DNA from: Promethearchaeota archaeon
GTDB taxonomy: Archaea; Asgardarchaeota; Lokiarchaeia; Sigyniarchaeales; SOKP01
Assembly: GCA_016839585.1 (NCBI GenBank)
Contig: JAEOTZ010000072.1
Location: 1-64,000 of the forward strand
Reading direction: 5' to 3'
DNA length: 64,000 nt
The notes beneath the pieces were generated by a model that saw nothing but the letters and a program-made list of their open reading frames with translations, had not been told where the DNA came from and searched no databases. Below, piece by piece: positions 53,641 to 63,568 of this stretch; position 1 is the stretch's first letter; each line of letters starts with the position of its first letter. A program made the translations under genes and the position numbers.

Positions 53641-54612
53641 ATTTCAAGTTGGAAAGAACTTAACGCAGAAGTAGAGGAGAACTTAAGTATAGAAAATAAT
53701 AACTGTACAGAATGCGGAAAAAATATTTTTTTTGATGAAAATAGAGGATTATTAGTTTGTGAAGAATGTGGTTTAGTTCACTCCGAGAAACATATTGATC
53801 GGGGCCCAGAATGGAGAGCCTTTGATGCAGATCAGAAAAAGAAAAGAACTAGGACTGGCGCACCCATGACTTACATGATACATGATAAAGGACTTAGCAC
53901 TATGATTGACTGGAAAAATCGAGACATTTTTGGAAAAGAAATTCCTGCTAAATTACGAGGTCAGATATTTCGGCTTCGGAAATGGCAGTCTCGGATTAGA
54001 GTATCTAACGCAACTGAAAGAAATCTCACTTTTGCTCTAAGTGAACTTGATCGAATGGCTTCAAATCTTGATCTTCAAAAAAATCTAAGAGAATGTTCAG
54101 CAAAAATTTATCGCGATGCTGTTGAAGCTCATCTTATCCGGGGTAGAAGTATAGAGGGTGTAGCAGCTGCTAGTTTATATGCTGCTTGTAGAATGTATAA
54201 AGTACCTCGAACACTTAATGAAATTGCTGATGTAGCACGCGTAGATAAGAAAGAAATTGGTAGATCTTTCAGATTTATCTCTAATGAATTAGAGTTAAAT
54301 TTAAATCCAACCAAACCAATAGATTTTCTTACAAGATTTATCTCTGAACTCAAATTAAGCACAAGATGCCAAAAAATAGCAAAAACAATTATTCGAATGG
54401 CAGAAGAACATGGTTTAACTTCTGGTAGAGGTCCAACAGGAGTATGTGCTGCAACTATTTATGCTGCGAGTATCTTAACGAAAGAAAGAAGAACTCAAAG
54501 AAGGATTGCTCTTATAACAGGGGTAACAGAGGTAACTGTTCGGAATAGATTTTCTGAACTTATAGAAAATATAAATCTAGGTATATCCTTAAAGAGAAAT
54601 AATAAATTATAA
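53641..54612 (+). CDS. tfb: Transcription initiation factor TFB, 323 aa, ATT start (ORF track misses the Zn ribbon and B-reader)
   Basis: In-frame upstream CTECG…GLLVCEECG…[10 protein letters not shown]; in-frame TAA at 53635; SD AAGGTG. Confidence 0.93.
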   Translation: MSSWKELNAEVEENLSIENNNCTECGKNIFFDENRGLLVCEECGLVHSEKHIDRGPEWRAFDADQKKKRTRTGAPMTYMIHDKGLSTMIDWKNRDIFGKEIPAKLRGQIFRLRKWQSRIRVSNATERNLTFALSELDRMASNLDLQKNLRECSAKIYRDAVEAHLIRGRSIEGVAAASLYAACRMYKVPRTLNEIADVARVDKKEIGRSFRFISNELELNLNPTKPIDFLTRFISELKLSTRCQKIAKTIIRMAEEHGLTSGRGPTGVCAATIYAASILTKERRTQRRIALITGVTEVTVRNRFSELIENINLGISLKRNNKL

Positions 54613-54700
54613 TTTAGAGCTAATTAATGTTAACTTTTTATAAGTTAAGAAATTATAGTTTATTTTATAGAGAAAATTTAAAGATATAGCAATTTAAATT

Positions 54701-55294
54701 ATGAAAGAAGAATTAAGATCCAATGGAAAACCAAGACTGCCACCTGGTCAACATATTGCTAAACGATTCCCCATTCTCCAAAAAGGAAGTGTAGTTCATC
54801 TTGATAGAGAAACATATAAATTAACTTTAGAGGGAGAAATTGAAAATCCTATGACTTTTACACTTCAAGATCTTGAAAATCTAGAAGATAAAGAAATTGT
54901 TGCAGATATTCATTGCGTCACATCTTGGAGCAAATTTAATACAAAATGGGGTGGAATTTCTTTTTCAACGCTTTTTAAAATTTTAAACCCAAAAGAAGTT
55001 GCTCATTTTGTTGAATTTTACTGTGCAGATGAAGGTTTTACAACCACAGTTCCTATTGAAAGGTTAAAAGCAGATAATGCTATTTTAGCATTAACTTATG
55101 AAGGGCTTCCTATAAATAATCAACATGGAGGACCTGTACGCCCAATTATTCCAGATTTATATTTATATAAAAGTGCAAAATGGGTTATAAAAATAATGTT
55201 TCTCAAGGAAGATAGATTGGGGTATTGGGAAAGAGGAGGGTATAGCAATAAAGCAGATCCATGGAAGGAACAACGCTACAGTTATCATGATTAA
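54701..55294 (+). CDS. Sulfite oxidase-like molybdopterin-binding oxidoreductase
   Basis: RLPPGQ, DIHCVT.WS, HGGPVR, KSAKW, GYWE..GY. Confidence 0.9.
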   Translation: MKEELRSNGKPRLPPGQHIAKRFPILQKGSVVHLDRETYKLTLEGEIENPMTFTLQDLENLEDKEIVADIHCVTSWSKFNTKWGGISFSTLFKILNPKEVAHFVEFYCADEGFTTTVPIERLKADNAILALTYEGLPINNQHGGPVRPIIPDLYLYKSAKWVIKIMFLKEDRLGYWERGGYSNKADPWKEQRYSYHD

Positions 55295-55446
55295 TATCCA
55301 ATTACGAAACATAATATAATTTTCATAAATTTGAAATAATTATTCTGAGTTAAATCATAATATCTTCATAATATAGCATTTAATGACTGAATTTTCTTAT
55401 TTTTAACCTATCAATTCGATCAAATTGATAGGAAAGGTGTTAAAGA

Positions 55447-55782
55447 TTGGATGATCTAATAAAACAGGATGAGGTAAACTATTTCTTATATAGGATAGAA
55501 AAAAAGTTTCCTAATTTTATAGCAGGTATTATAACCGACAAACATGGATTTCCTGTCGCTTCATCTATTTCAAAAAGACTTTGGATCCTCGAAAATACAT
55601 TAGCACTATCAGCAGTTACTAAAAATAGAGACTTTATTAATGATTCTAAGCTTATCAAAATTAAAAAAGATTTAGATAAATCAAAAAATTATAAACTCTT
55701 AATCTTATTAGAGAAGACAAAAGATTACAAGAGTCGGATAAAGCCATTGAAAGATTTAATTAAAACGCAAACACTTTTTTAA
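55447..55782 (+). CDS. Roadblock-like small protein
   Basis: AGIITDKHGFPVASS motif. Confidence 0.55.
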   Translation: MDDLIKQDEVNYFLYRIEKKFPNFIAGIITDKHGFPVASSISKRLWILENTLALSAVTKNRDFINDSKLIKIKKDLDKSKNYKLLILLEKTKDYKSRIKPLKDLIKTQTLF

Positions 55783-55995
55783 TCGTTTTATTTGTGGTAA
55801 AGAAAGTTAAGCAATTTATATTACAGACTGGATGAAAACAAATTACTTACTTAAATTTTTAAATAAAAAATTTCATTATCTATTAGAATTGCTATAAGCA
55901 CAAATATCAAGTTTAGTTTAAATAATTAATTTACAATATGAAGAAAGCTTTTGATAAAAAATAATGAATTAATGATTGTTTAGGTTGACAAATTA

Positions 55996-56457
55996 GTGAG
56001 CTATTCTGAAGATGAACTTAGATTAAAAAAAATTTTAACCACAATTATAAATAGTACTTCTGGTTTGAAGTATGTTATAATAATTGATGATACAGGAATA
56101 ACTATCCTAAGTCAATCTAAATTTAAGTTTTCTAATGAAAATGGTATCTCTGTTGAAAAGATTGGGGCAATCGGGGGGGCTGTTTTTATTGCTGGAGAGG
56201 AACAAGGCCAAATTCTTGGGTATGGAAAAATTGACCTACAAATTACTGAATATTATGGGGGAATGATTTTTTCAGCTAAAGTTGGTAAAGGAGTGTTGTG
56301 TATTATTACTGACAAGAATGTTCAAATCGGTTTTATACGTGCCATCATGAAGAAATGGGCTCCTCAAATTGCTAAAATATTACATAGATACTTACAGGCT
56401 GAGCCCAAGGAGATTAGTAAAGAAATTAGAGAGTTATTTAATCAGCACGTTGTTTAA
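55996..56457 (+). CDS. Roadblock/LC7 domain protein
   Basis: IIIDDTGITILS…IGAIGGAVF…QG..LGYG…VG.GVLCII. Confidence 0.85.
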   Translation: MSYSEDELRLKKILTTIINSTSGLKYVIIIDDTGITILSQSKFKFSNENGISVEKIGAIGGAVFIAGEEQGQILGYGKIDLQITEYYGGMIFSAKVGKGVLCIITDKNVQIGFIRAIMKKWAPQIAKILHRYLQAEPKEISKEIRELFNQHVV

Positions 56458-56499
56458 AATCAGCATATTATTGTTGCCTAAAACACTAACACATTTTTC

Positions 56500-56790
56500 T
56501 CATTTAACGGATATACCATAAAATTGATAATGTTCTCTCGTGTTAGGCGTTAATTTATATGCCTTCTTGGGACCATAATCATGTACCCTGCCTGGGTATA
56601 CTGGCGATAACCTCATAGCATGGTCTTTACCTTTGCTTGGTTAAGAGCCCATTTTTACAGGATTAGTATTGATTATTAAACTCTGGCTGTCAGCATTACT
56701 ATGCACTTCATAATCATCTTTTTTCATATGAGTCCTCGAAAATGCCTTTATTCCATCATTGTTGTCCCATTATAATAGTATAAAGACTTA
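56500..56790 (-). pseudogene. Possible gene fragment with one internal stop
   Basis: …NDGIKAFSRTHMKKDDYEVH…KMGS*PSKGKDHAMRLSPVYPGRVHDYGPKK…; GC higher than flanks. Confidence 0.3.
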
Positions 56791-56817
56791 ATTAAAAATT
56801 TTTCTTAACTTATTTTC

Positions 56818-57570
56818 TTAATCGTTCTTAATTATCTCACGAATTTTATCATAAGATCCTAACAATTCTAAAACTTGGGTATCATTTAGTCCTTCTTTAG
56901 GTTCTCCTTCATAAAGACTCTTTCCATTATCTAATACGAGCATTTTTTTTGCCCAGTTCTCAACAAAAAAGAGGTTGTGTGTCGTAAACAAAATAGTCAT
57001 ATTTTCTTCTCTCTTTAAATTCTCTATAATTTTAAGGTGATTATATATTGCATTGAAATCAAGATTGGCAAATGGTTCATCCAATATCAACAATTTAGGC
57101 TTTAATACTAGTAAACCTGCTAAAGCAGCTCGTTTCTTTTGGCCCCAAGATAAATTAAATGGAGAATAATCCTTAAACTCAATTAAATTAACTGCTTGCA
57201 AAGCCCACAATACGCGCTTTTTTACCTCTTTTTCATCTAATTTTAAATTTCTTGCACCAAAACCTATATCCTCTTCGATTGTTGGAGCAAATAACTGATC
57301 ATCTGGATTTTGGAATAAAAATCCAATTTTTTGTCTAATCTCCCATAATTCTTTTTTATTTCTTGTAAGTGGTTCATTAAAAATCTTAATAAACCCAGAT
57401 TCAGGTTTCAATAAACCAACCAACAATCTTAATAAAGTAGTTTTCCCCGAACCATTGTTCCCTGTTAATGCATATATGGAATTCTCTTCGATTTTAAGTG
57501 AGAGATTTTGAATTTTAAATCCAGAATTATAACTAAAATTCACATTTTCAACCTCTACGGCAAAAATAAT
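56818..57570 (-). CDS. cbiO: ECF transporter ATPase CbiO/NikO (start likely ATT 57567/57570; GTG 57543 alternative)
   Basis: GNNGSGKTT, FQNPDDQLF, LSWGQKKR, LDEP; in-frame IIFAVEVENV upstream. Confidence 0.9.
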   Translation of the reverse strand: MIFAVEVENVNFSYNSGFKIQNLSLKIEENSIYALTGNNGSGKTTLLRLLVGLLKPESGFIKIFNEPLTRNKKELWEIRQKIGFLFQNPDDQLFAPTIEEDIGFGARNLKLDEKEVKKRVLWALQAVNLIEFKDYSPFNLSWGQKKRAALAGLLVLKPKLLILDEPFANLDFNAIYNHLKIIENLKREENMTILFTTHNLFFVENWAKKMLVLDNGKSLYEGEPKEGLNDTQVLELLGSYDKIREIIKND

Positions 57571-58358
57571 GAAATAACCCCCTGATATATAAATTCTAAA
57601 TTAATAAAATAAATTAATAGAATTACTGTTATTATATAAAAAGTTAATAGGGTGAAATCATGAAACTTAACCCTTTTTGTTGCAAATGTTATCTTTCCCG
57701 AAAAACCTCTCATCTTTAGACTTTCAAATAACTTTTCACTTCGTTCCATGTTCAATATAATACTTTTTCCCATTATATAAGCATGTATCTTTAATTTTTG
57801 CCAATAAGTTGTGATCTTTTTACCTCTCATTTCCTGTGCTTCTAATATTTTCTTATTTGAGCTTGCCAGTATTGGAATATAATGAAGCATAATTACAAAA
57901 GATCCAATTAAGAATGCGGGAATTCTTAATTTCGTTAATGCTTCTATGAACTCTGAATAAGTTAATGTTGAGAAAAAGGACATGAATACAAATAATGCTC
58001 CAAAGACTCTTAAAAAAATTAGGAAAGCTAAAGATAAACCTTCTTTGTATATATTAATTTTAATCCCAATTTTTAATTGATAAATAATGTTGTCGCCAAC
58101 ATATAAAGGAATAAACAATGTAATTAAAAGAACAAATGGAATGATAACTGTAAATCTAGAGAGAATCTTTAAAATATTTAATCGAAAAATTAGATTGAAA
58201 ATTAAAGTAAGTATCAAAATTGTGAATATTAGGTAAATATTGTTAATAAAAAGAAAAGGTAATACGAGAATAAAAGGTAAAATTAAGCGAACTAAAGGAT
58301 GGATTTTATTCAAATAAGTTTTTTCATTTTCATGGCGAAATGGTAATGTAGTTTTCAA
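57555..58358 (-). CDS. cbiQ: ECF transporter T component CbiQ/NikQ
   Basis: TM helices; AQEMRG and SLKMRGF motifs. Confidence 0.88.
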   Translation of the reverse strand: MKTTLPFRHENEKTYLNKIHPLVRLILPFILVLPFLFINNIYLIFTILILTLIFNLIFRLNILKILSRFTVIIPFVLLITLFIPLYVGDNIIYQLKIGIKINIYKEGLSLAFLIFLRVFGALFVFMSFFSTLTYSEFIEALTKLRIPAFLIGSFVIMLHYIPILASSNKKILEAQEMRGKKITTYWQKLKIHAYIMGKSIILNMERSEKLFESLKMRGFSGKITFATKRVKFHDFTLLTFYIITVILLIYFINLEFIYQGVISLFLP

Positions 58359-58403
58359 GATTGTATCAGCAAGCCAGTCAGAATTTGATGTTCATACTGG
58401 AAT

Positions 58404-58439
58404 ATAATTTAGTAATATTTTATAATAATACTAAATTAT
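58404..58439. promoter_or_regulatory. Perfect 11-bp inverted repeat in the cbiQ/cbiM divergent promoter (candidate metalloregulator operator)
   Basis: ATAATTTAGTA-N14-TACTAAATTAT. Confidence 0.55.
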
Positions 58440-58508
58440 GGGATAATAATATTCATTATAAAAAAAATTAATCATTATAATTAAAAATTAAGAAAAGGTG
58501 AAAATAAT

Positions 58509-59180
58509 ATTCATATACCTGATGGATTACTTAATCCCATGACGTTAATTACCCTTTCAATTGTTGTTATGATAGTAATGATTCTTGGATTTTTCAAGAT
58601 GGGTAAAGTTTTTGAAAACGAAGATTCTGAAAAATTAATACCATATATTGGTGTATTGGCAGCTGTAATATTTGCTTTTCAATTTGTAAATTATCCTGTT
58701 CCTGGAGGTACATCAGGTCATTTAGTGGGAGGAACTTTAGTTGCAGTTATATTAGGTCCATGGGCATCTGTTATTGTATTGTTTTTAATTTTAGTTGTGC
58801 AAAGTTTATTTGGAGATGGGGGAATTACTGCTTTAGGAGCAAATACTTTCAATATGGGAATAATTGGAGGTATTGTTGGATTTTATATTGTAGTGTTTAT
58901 TGTAAGACTATTGAATAATACATCAATTAAAAAAGAAATGAAAGTTTCAATTGCCACTGCGATTGGATCTTATATTGCTATAGTGTTAGCCTCACTTATC
59001 TGTGGTATTGAATTAGGTTTTTCTGGAGAAATTCCTTTTAAAATTGCTATTCCTGCGATGGTTTACTGGCATATTTTTATAGGCATAGGAGAAGCAATCA
59101 TCTCTGCTTTGATTATATTTTATATATATAAGACAAAGCCAGATTTTATAACAACAGAATTAATGTTGGGGGTAAAATAA
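58509..59180 (+). CDS. cbiM: Co/Ni ECF S component CbiM/NikM, ATT start
   Basis: ATT-CAT-ATA-CCT-GAT-GGA = (M)HIPDG; GTSGHLVGG, GDGGITALGAN, GIGEA. Confidence 0.92.
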   Translation: MHIPDGLLNPMTLITLSIVVMIVMILGFFKMGKVFENEDSEKLIPYIGVLAAVIFAFQFVNYPVPGGTSGHLVGGTLVAVILGPWASVIVLFLILVVQSLFGDGGITALGANTFNMGIIGGIVGFYIVVFIVRLLNNTSIKKEMKVSIATAIGSYIAIVLASLICGIELGFSGEIPFKIAIPAMVYWHIFIGIGEAIISALIIFYIYKTKPDFITTELMLGVK

Positions 59181-59183
59181 AAG

Positions 59184-59489
59184 ATGAGTGTTATCAATAA
59201 ATATAAATGGCCAATTCTTTCAGTATTTGTAATTGTTGGTGTATTAATGGTTATGATAGCTGTTGGATTCGCAATAGGAATTTTATCAGAAGACCCAGAT
59301 GGATTAGAAAGAGTATTAATTGATGAAAAAGATGAATCATGGTTAGAGAATTTAGCATCTCCTTGGGAACCAATATTGAGTTGGATAACAAGTGATTATG
59401 GAGCAGGCATTTTAGGGATTCTTATTTCTATTACTACTATGATTTCAGTTTTCTACGTTATAATTTATTATAAAAAAAAGAATCCGTAA
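59184..59489 (+). CDS. PDGLE-domain (NikN/CbiN-like) membrane component
   Basis: SEDPDGLERV between two TM helices. Confidence 0.85.
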   Translation: MSVINKYKWPILSVFVIVGVLMVMIAVGFAIGILSEDPDGLERVLIDEKDESWLENLASPWEPILSWITSDYGAGILGILISITTMISVFYVIIYYKKKNP

Positions 59490-59639
59490 TTAGTATAAAA
59501 TTTTTTTTCCTATTATTTTTTTAAAAAGATTGATTTAATTCTCTTTTTATTTCTGAATTTTTAATCTAATAAAATAATGCCAAATTAATTAGAGAGTAAT
59601 TTCTATTTAATATATTAGAAATTACTTTTTAATTTTTTT

Positions 59640-60236
59640 ATGAATCTGATATTTTTTATTAAATCTGCAACAGTTGATCTTGAAAACTACACTATTAAAG
59701 ATATTCCTGGATCTTCTGGTCGATTAGATGTAATATCACGGTGTATTCTTGCAGCAATATTAAGTAATAATAATTTTGAAAAAAAAATTGAAATTTGGGT
59801 ATTTTTGGATAATTATGGTACATATACCTTCAATCCAGAATCGCTAGATTATGCGAACTTTCCAAAAAATGAATTAATGCTTACAGATTATTTTGTTAAT
59901 TTCCTTCAAAAATTAAATTCAAAAGAAGAACTAAATCAGAATCCACTGAATTCTATTAAAATCTCAAAATTGAGTATTATTGAAGCAATAAAAAAATATC
60001 AACAAAGGAATTATTGTATTGTTGTTTTAAAAGAAGATGGTAAAGATTTTTTTAAATTAAGAAATATCATTCAAGAAAAGGATAATGTTATTTTCGTCAT
60101 TGGTAGTCAAGAAGGCAAATTTATTAATTCAAAGGAATTACAAGCTTTAAATCTTCCAAATCTTAGTATAGGAACTCAATCGTATTTAGCTTCATCAGTT
60201 ATACGACTAATTAAATTACATTTAAAGCCATTATAA
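59640..60236 (+). CDS. trmY: tRNA (pseudouridine54-N1)-methyltransferase TrmY
   Basis: DIPGSSGRLDVISRC, FVIG…G, LSIG…YLAS. Confidence 0.87.
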   Translation: MNLIFFIKSATVDLENYTIKDIPGSSGRLDVISRCILAAILSNNNFEKKIEIWVFLDNYGTYTFNPESLDYANFPKNELMLTDYFVNFLQKLNSKEELNQNPLNSIKISKLSIIEAIKKYQQRNYCIVVLKEDGKDFFKLRNIIQEKDNVIFVIGSQEGKFINSKELQALNLPNLSIGTQSYLASSVIRLIKLHLKPL

Positions 60237-60299
60237 TAAATTTTTTATTAAAAAGAACTTTTAAAAGTATTACTTAAATTAAAGGATCTTGAAATCAAT

Positions 60300-61028
60300 T
60301 TGAGTGGAGATAATAGGAAACGAGTAAAACAAAAACAATTTGCAAACAAATTTATTGATGGTCCAGTAGAATTTCTAATTAAACATAACATTTCTCCAAA
60401 TACACTTTCATATTTAGGTTTTTTTTGTTCCTTAGGAGCAGCGTTTCTTATAGTATTGGGATTTATTCATCATTTTTTCTGGTTCGCTTGGCTTGTTCCA
60501 TTCTTACTGTTTTGGGCAGGTGCCTTTGATGTATTTGATGGTGAAGTTGCTAGAAGAACTGACAATATTACTAAATCCGGTGCTTTCCTTGATTCAAATT
60601 TAGATAGACTTTCTGATGCAGTGCTTATACTTGGATTAATATACGGTGGTTTTGTTCATTTTTTACTTGGTTATGTAATAATGTTTCTAATTATTATGAT
60701 CTCATATATTCGAGCAAGAGCAGAAAATGAAGGGATTAATATGAAGGGAATTGGCTTTATGGAAAGAGCAGAAAGACTAATATTTCTTATGATTGCCTTA
60801 ACTTTAGAAACATGGTTTTACTATTTTTCAGAATTAATGACAGGAAAACCTTGGACTATATACAATCCCATTATTACTTCAAAACCAGTAACCTGGTTCT
60901 TCCTATTTTTTATATTGGGTTATACTTTCTTGCTTATTTTAACAGTAGGACACAGATTATTGTATACGTTTAAATTCTTAAAAAATTCAAATGATAATAA
61001 AGAAGAAATGGATTTAAACAATACATAA
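60300..61028 (+). CDS. CDP-alcohol phosphatidyltransferase (archaetidylinositol phosphate synthase-like)
   Basis: SPN.LS, DVFDGEVAR…GAFLDSNLDRLSD, SYIRARAE, ERAER. Confidence 0.9.
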   Translation: MSGDNRKRVKQKQFANKFIDGPVEFLIKHNISPNTLSYLGFFCSLGAAFLIVLGFIHHFFWFAWLVPFLLFWAGAFDVFDGEVARRTDNITKSGAFLDSNLDRLSDAVLILGLIYGGFVHFLLGYVIMFLIIMISYIRARAENEGINMKGIGFMERAERLIFLMIALTLETWFYYFSELMTGKPWTIYNPIITSKPVTWFFLFFILGYTFLLILTVGHRLLYTFKFLKNSNDNKEEMDLNNT

Positions 61029-61150
61029 AAAGAATTTATATCTATTTTAACATTTCTACAAGAATCCATAAATTATTTAAGCCTTCTCTAATTCTAATAG
61101 TTAAAATATTAGAAGTTTTAATACAAACAATCTAAAACGAGGTCATAATT

Positions 61151-61426
61151 ATACCAAAGAAACGAAAATCGGGAGGAAAGTCTGGTTCGAGCAAAGGAAA
61201 ATATGGTTTAGTTCAATGCTCGAATTGTGGCAAACACATACCAAGAAGTAAAGCAAAAGCTTTTACTAAAAAAGTTAGTCTTGTAGATTATAGAATGTAT
61301 TCAGAATTAAAAAAACAGGGCACTATTATTCAAACACCAGTAAAAAAATCGTACCTTTGTGTGAGCTGTGCGATTCATAAGGGTAGGATTTCACAGAGAG
61401 CTAAAGTTGAACGTAAAATTGGGTAA
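61151..61426 (+). CDS. rps26e: 30S ribosomal protein eS26, ATA start (missing from the ORF track)
   Basis: (M)PKKRKSGGKS…VQCSNCGKHIPRSKA…YLCVSCAIH…RAKVERKIG*; SD GAGGT; in-frame TAA at 61133. Confidence 0.93.
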   Translation: MPKKRKSGGKSGSSKGKYGLVQCSNCGKHIPRSKAKAFTKKVSLVDYRMYSELKKQGTIIQTPVKKSYLCVSCAIHKGRISQRAKVERKIG

Positions 61427-61458
61427 TAGCTCATATCTTAAATAAATTAAAGGAATTT

Positions 61459-63456
61459 TTAATCAATTCCAATACTTTTGAAAAAACTTGGTAAAGTATA
61501 GATAATTTCACACTGATTTTCTTGAGTAATTTCAATAATAGCTCTAATTAAGTAAATGTTCCTAAGATCCTCATCAGGTTTGTATATTTTTACTTTCGCT
61601 GTTGGCTTTATCTTAAGTGTGTAATTTTCAGCAATTCCAGTGATATTTTCATTGGTTTTCACTTTGATTCCGAATAATCCTAACTCATAATGTGAAACAA
61701 TAAATAGAATTTGATTTTTGTTTTCATTTATTTTTTCAAAATGAACTACTTCTAAATAGTTCTCTTGAAGCTCTTTTGGAAGTTTTGAAAATGGAACTAG
61801 TTTTTTCTTGCCTGTAATATAAGGAAAGGGGGTATAAAATAAAACATTAAAACTTGAGATCTTTTTAATCTGTTCATTATATTTTTCCACATCTTTAACA
61901 GAATATGCTTTATCTAGTAAAATATCCAATTTACCTTCAGTAATATCTTCAGCACTATAACCTTGCAGTACTGTGGCAATATAAGCTCTTTTTAATTTTT
62001 CTATTAAAATTTCACTTTTAAAAGGTAATTTGTAATCAATAGATATTTCTAAAGCTTGATTATATAAATTAGCACCAATCTGAGGATGCCCCAATGCTAA
62101 AAAATAATCACCTAACTCACTAAATACAATAATAGCATCTAAAAAATTTTCTTCTAGATCCATGCTTGATATTTCTTCCATAATATTCATAGCTGTATTC
62201 TTATCTTCTCCTTGAATGTAAATAGCAATAGCTTTTCCTATAGCACATTTTAATTTAAGTTTATCATCCTCATAAATCTCTGCCAATTCTTCAGTGAAGT
62301 TATATTGCAATATCGCAGATTTATATAATCCGTGAAAAAGAAAAATTAAAGCCTTTAAATAATTTAAAGTTAAGCATGTTTGATAGTTATGAATTATGAT
62401 TGAAAATAATGCTGCTCTCTCAATAGAATCAATTGCAGCATTTACTCGCCCTAACGATACTAACATAAATCCTCTTAAAAATTCCATTTTTGATATTTCA
62501 GAACATATTAATTGTTCTACAATTTCATAATCTTTTCGCTTGTTTAACTGTCCTGCTGCTACCTGTAGTAGGGATGATAAAAACCCATTTCCTTTTTTCA
62601 AAAATTTGACGGCGTCCTTAGATGCGTTTTTTACAATTGCTTCTCGAGCCCGAATTATATATTCACGAGAGATTTTTAAATTTTCAAGAAAATTAATTAT
62701 ATTTGCGATTTTCTCTTCCTTACTCGCAGGAAGATCTTGATTATCTATATATTTTTCTGCTATTTCAATATCGTCAGCATATTGTGTTGTTCCGATTTCA
62801 AACTTTACTCCTACATCTGGATTTTCTATCTCTAAATCAGAAGAAATAATACTACTCTCTGTTACACTCACAGCCCTCTCAATCAACCATGTGATTTTTT
62901 CTTCAGCAGGATAAATTTTTGAACGTTCAATCATGTAAGAAAGAGTATAGTTTAGACTTCGTTTCCAAATATTCTTAAAATAACTACGCATTTGAGGTTT
63001 TGAGATAGTTCTTTGAATTTTCAATAAAAAACTTGAGAGTGATAGAATATTTATTCTACCTTTATATAATAAATTTGTATTTTTAGCTAGTTTAAAATCA
63101 TCTGTTACTAAATGAACTTCAGCATTTTCTTTCTCTTTCATTAATTTTTTTCCCAATACAACAAGAGTTAAATCAGGATCTTGAGCAGGAAATCTTATAT
63201 TGTGAGATAGTAAGTCTAACTTAATCTCAGCTAGTTCATCCTTTCTAACTTTAATAACATTAATTAATTTTTTGAATTTATCTAAAAAAGAGTGAGGTGC
63301 TCTAATCTCATTAAAAACAACTTCTGAGATATAATACTCGAAACCTAAATCTAAAGCTACTTTATTTAAGTTTCCCAGAATATCCCGTGCTCTAATTGAA
63401 TTCATACATATAAAAAAATTTGCATCAAACACAATTTGCTGTTTATGGAAAGACAT
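61459..63456 (-). CDS. PIN-domain plus TPR-like helical repeat protein
   Basis: IVFDANFFI…VFNEI…DPDL…LVTDDFKL; helical repeats (LGDYFLALGHPQIGANLYNQAL). Confidence 0.72.
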   Translation of the reverse strand: MSFHKQQIVFDANFFICMNSIRARDILGNLNKVALDLGFEYYISEVVFNEIRAPHSFLDKFKKLINVIKVRKDELAEIKLDLLSHNIRFPAQDPDLTLVVLGKKLMKEKENAEVHLVTDDFKLAKNTNLLYKGRINILSLSSFLLKIQRTISKPQMRSYFKNIWKRSLNYTLSYMIERSKIYPAEEKITWLIERAVSVTESSIISSDLEIENPDVGVKFEIGTTQYADDIEIAEKYIDNQDLPASKEEKIANIINFLENLKISREYIIRAREAIVKNASKDAVKFLKKGNGFLSSLLQVAAGQLNKRKDYEIVEQLICSEISKMEFLRGFMLVSLGRVNAAIDSIERAALFSIIIHNYQTCLTLNYLKALIFLFHGLYKSAILQYNFTEELAEIYEDDKLKLKCAIGKAIAIYIQGEDKNTAMNIMEEISSMDLEENFLDAIIVFSELGDYFLALGHPQIGANLYNQALEISIDYKLPFKSEILIEKLKRAYIATVLQGYSAEDITEGKLDILLDKAYSVKDVEKYNEQIKKISSFNVLFYTPFPYITGKKKLVPFSKLPKELQENYLEVVHFEKINENKNQILFIVSHYELGLFGIKVKTNENITGIAENYTLKIKPTAKVKIYKPDEDLRNIYLIRAIIEITQENQCEIIYTLPSFFKSIGID

Positions 63457-63568
63457 AAAATATCGAGAGCGTTTTTTATTCTATAATATATTTAACTAAT
63501 ATTAATTTTTTTTAAATTTTTCAGATATTTATAATAATATTAAAATAGCTAAAATCAAGTTGATATGT

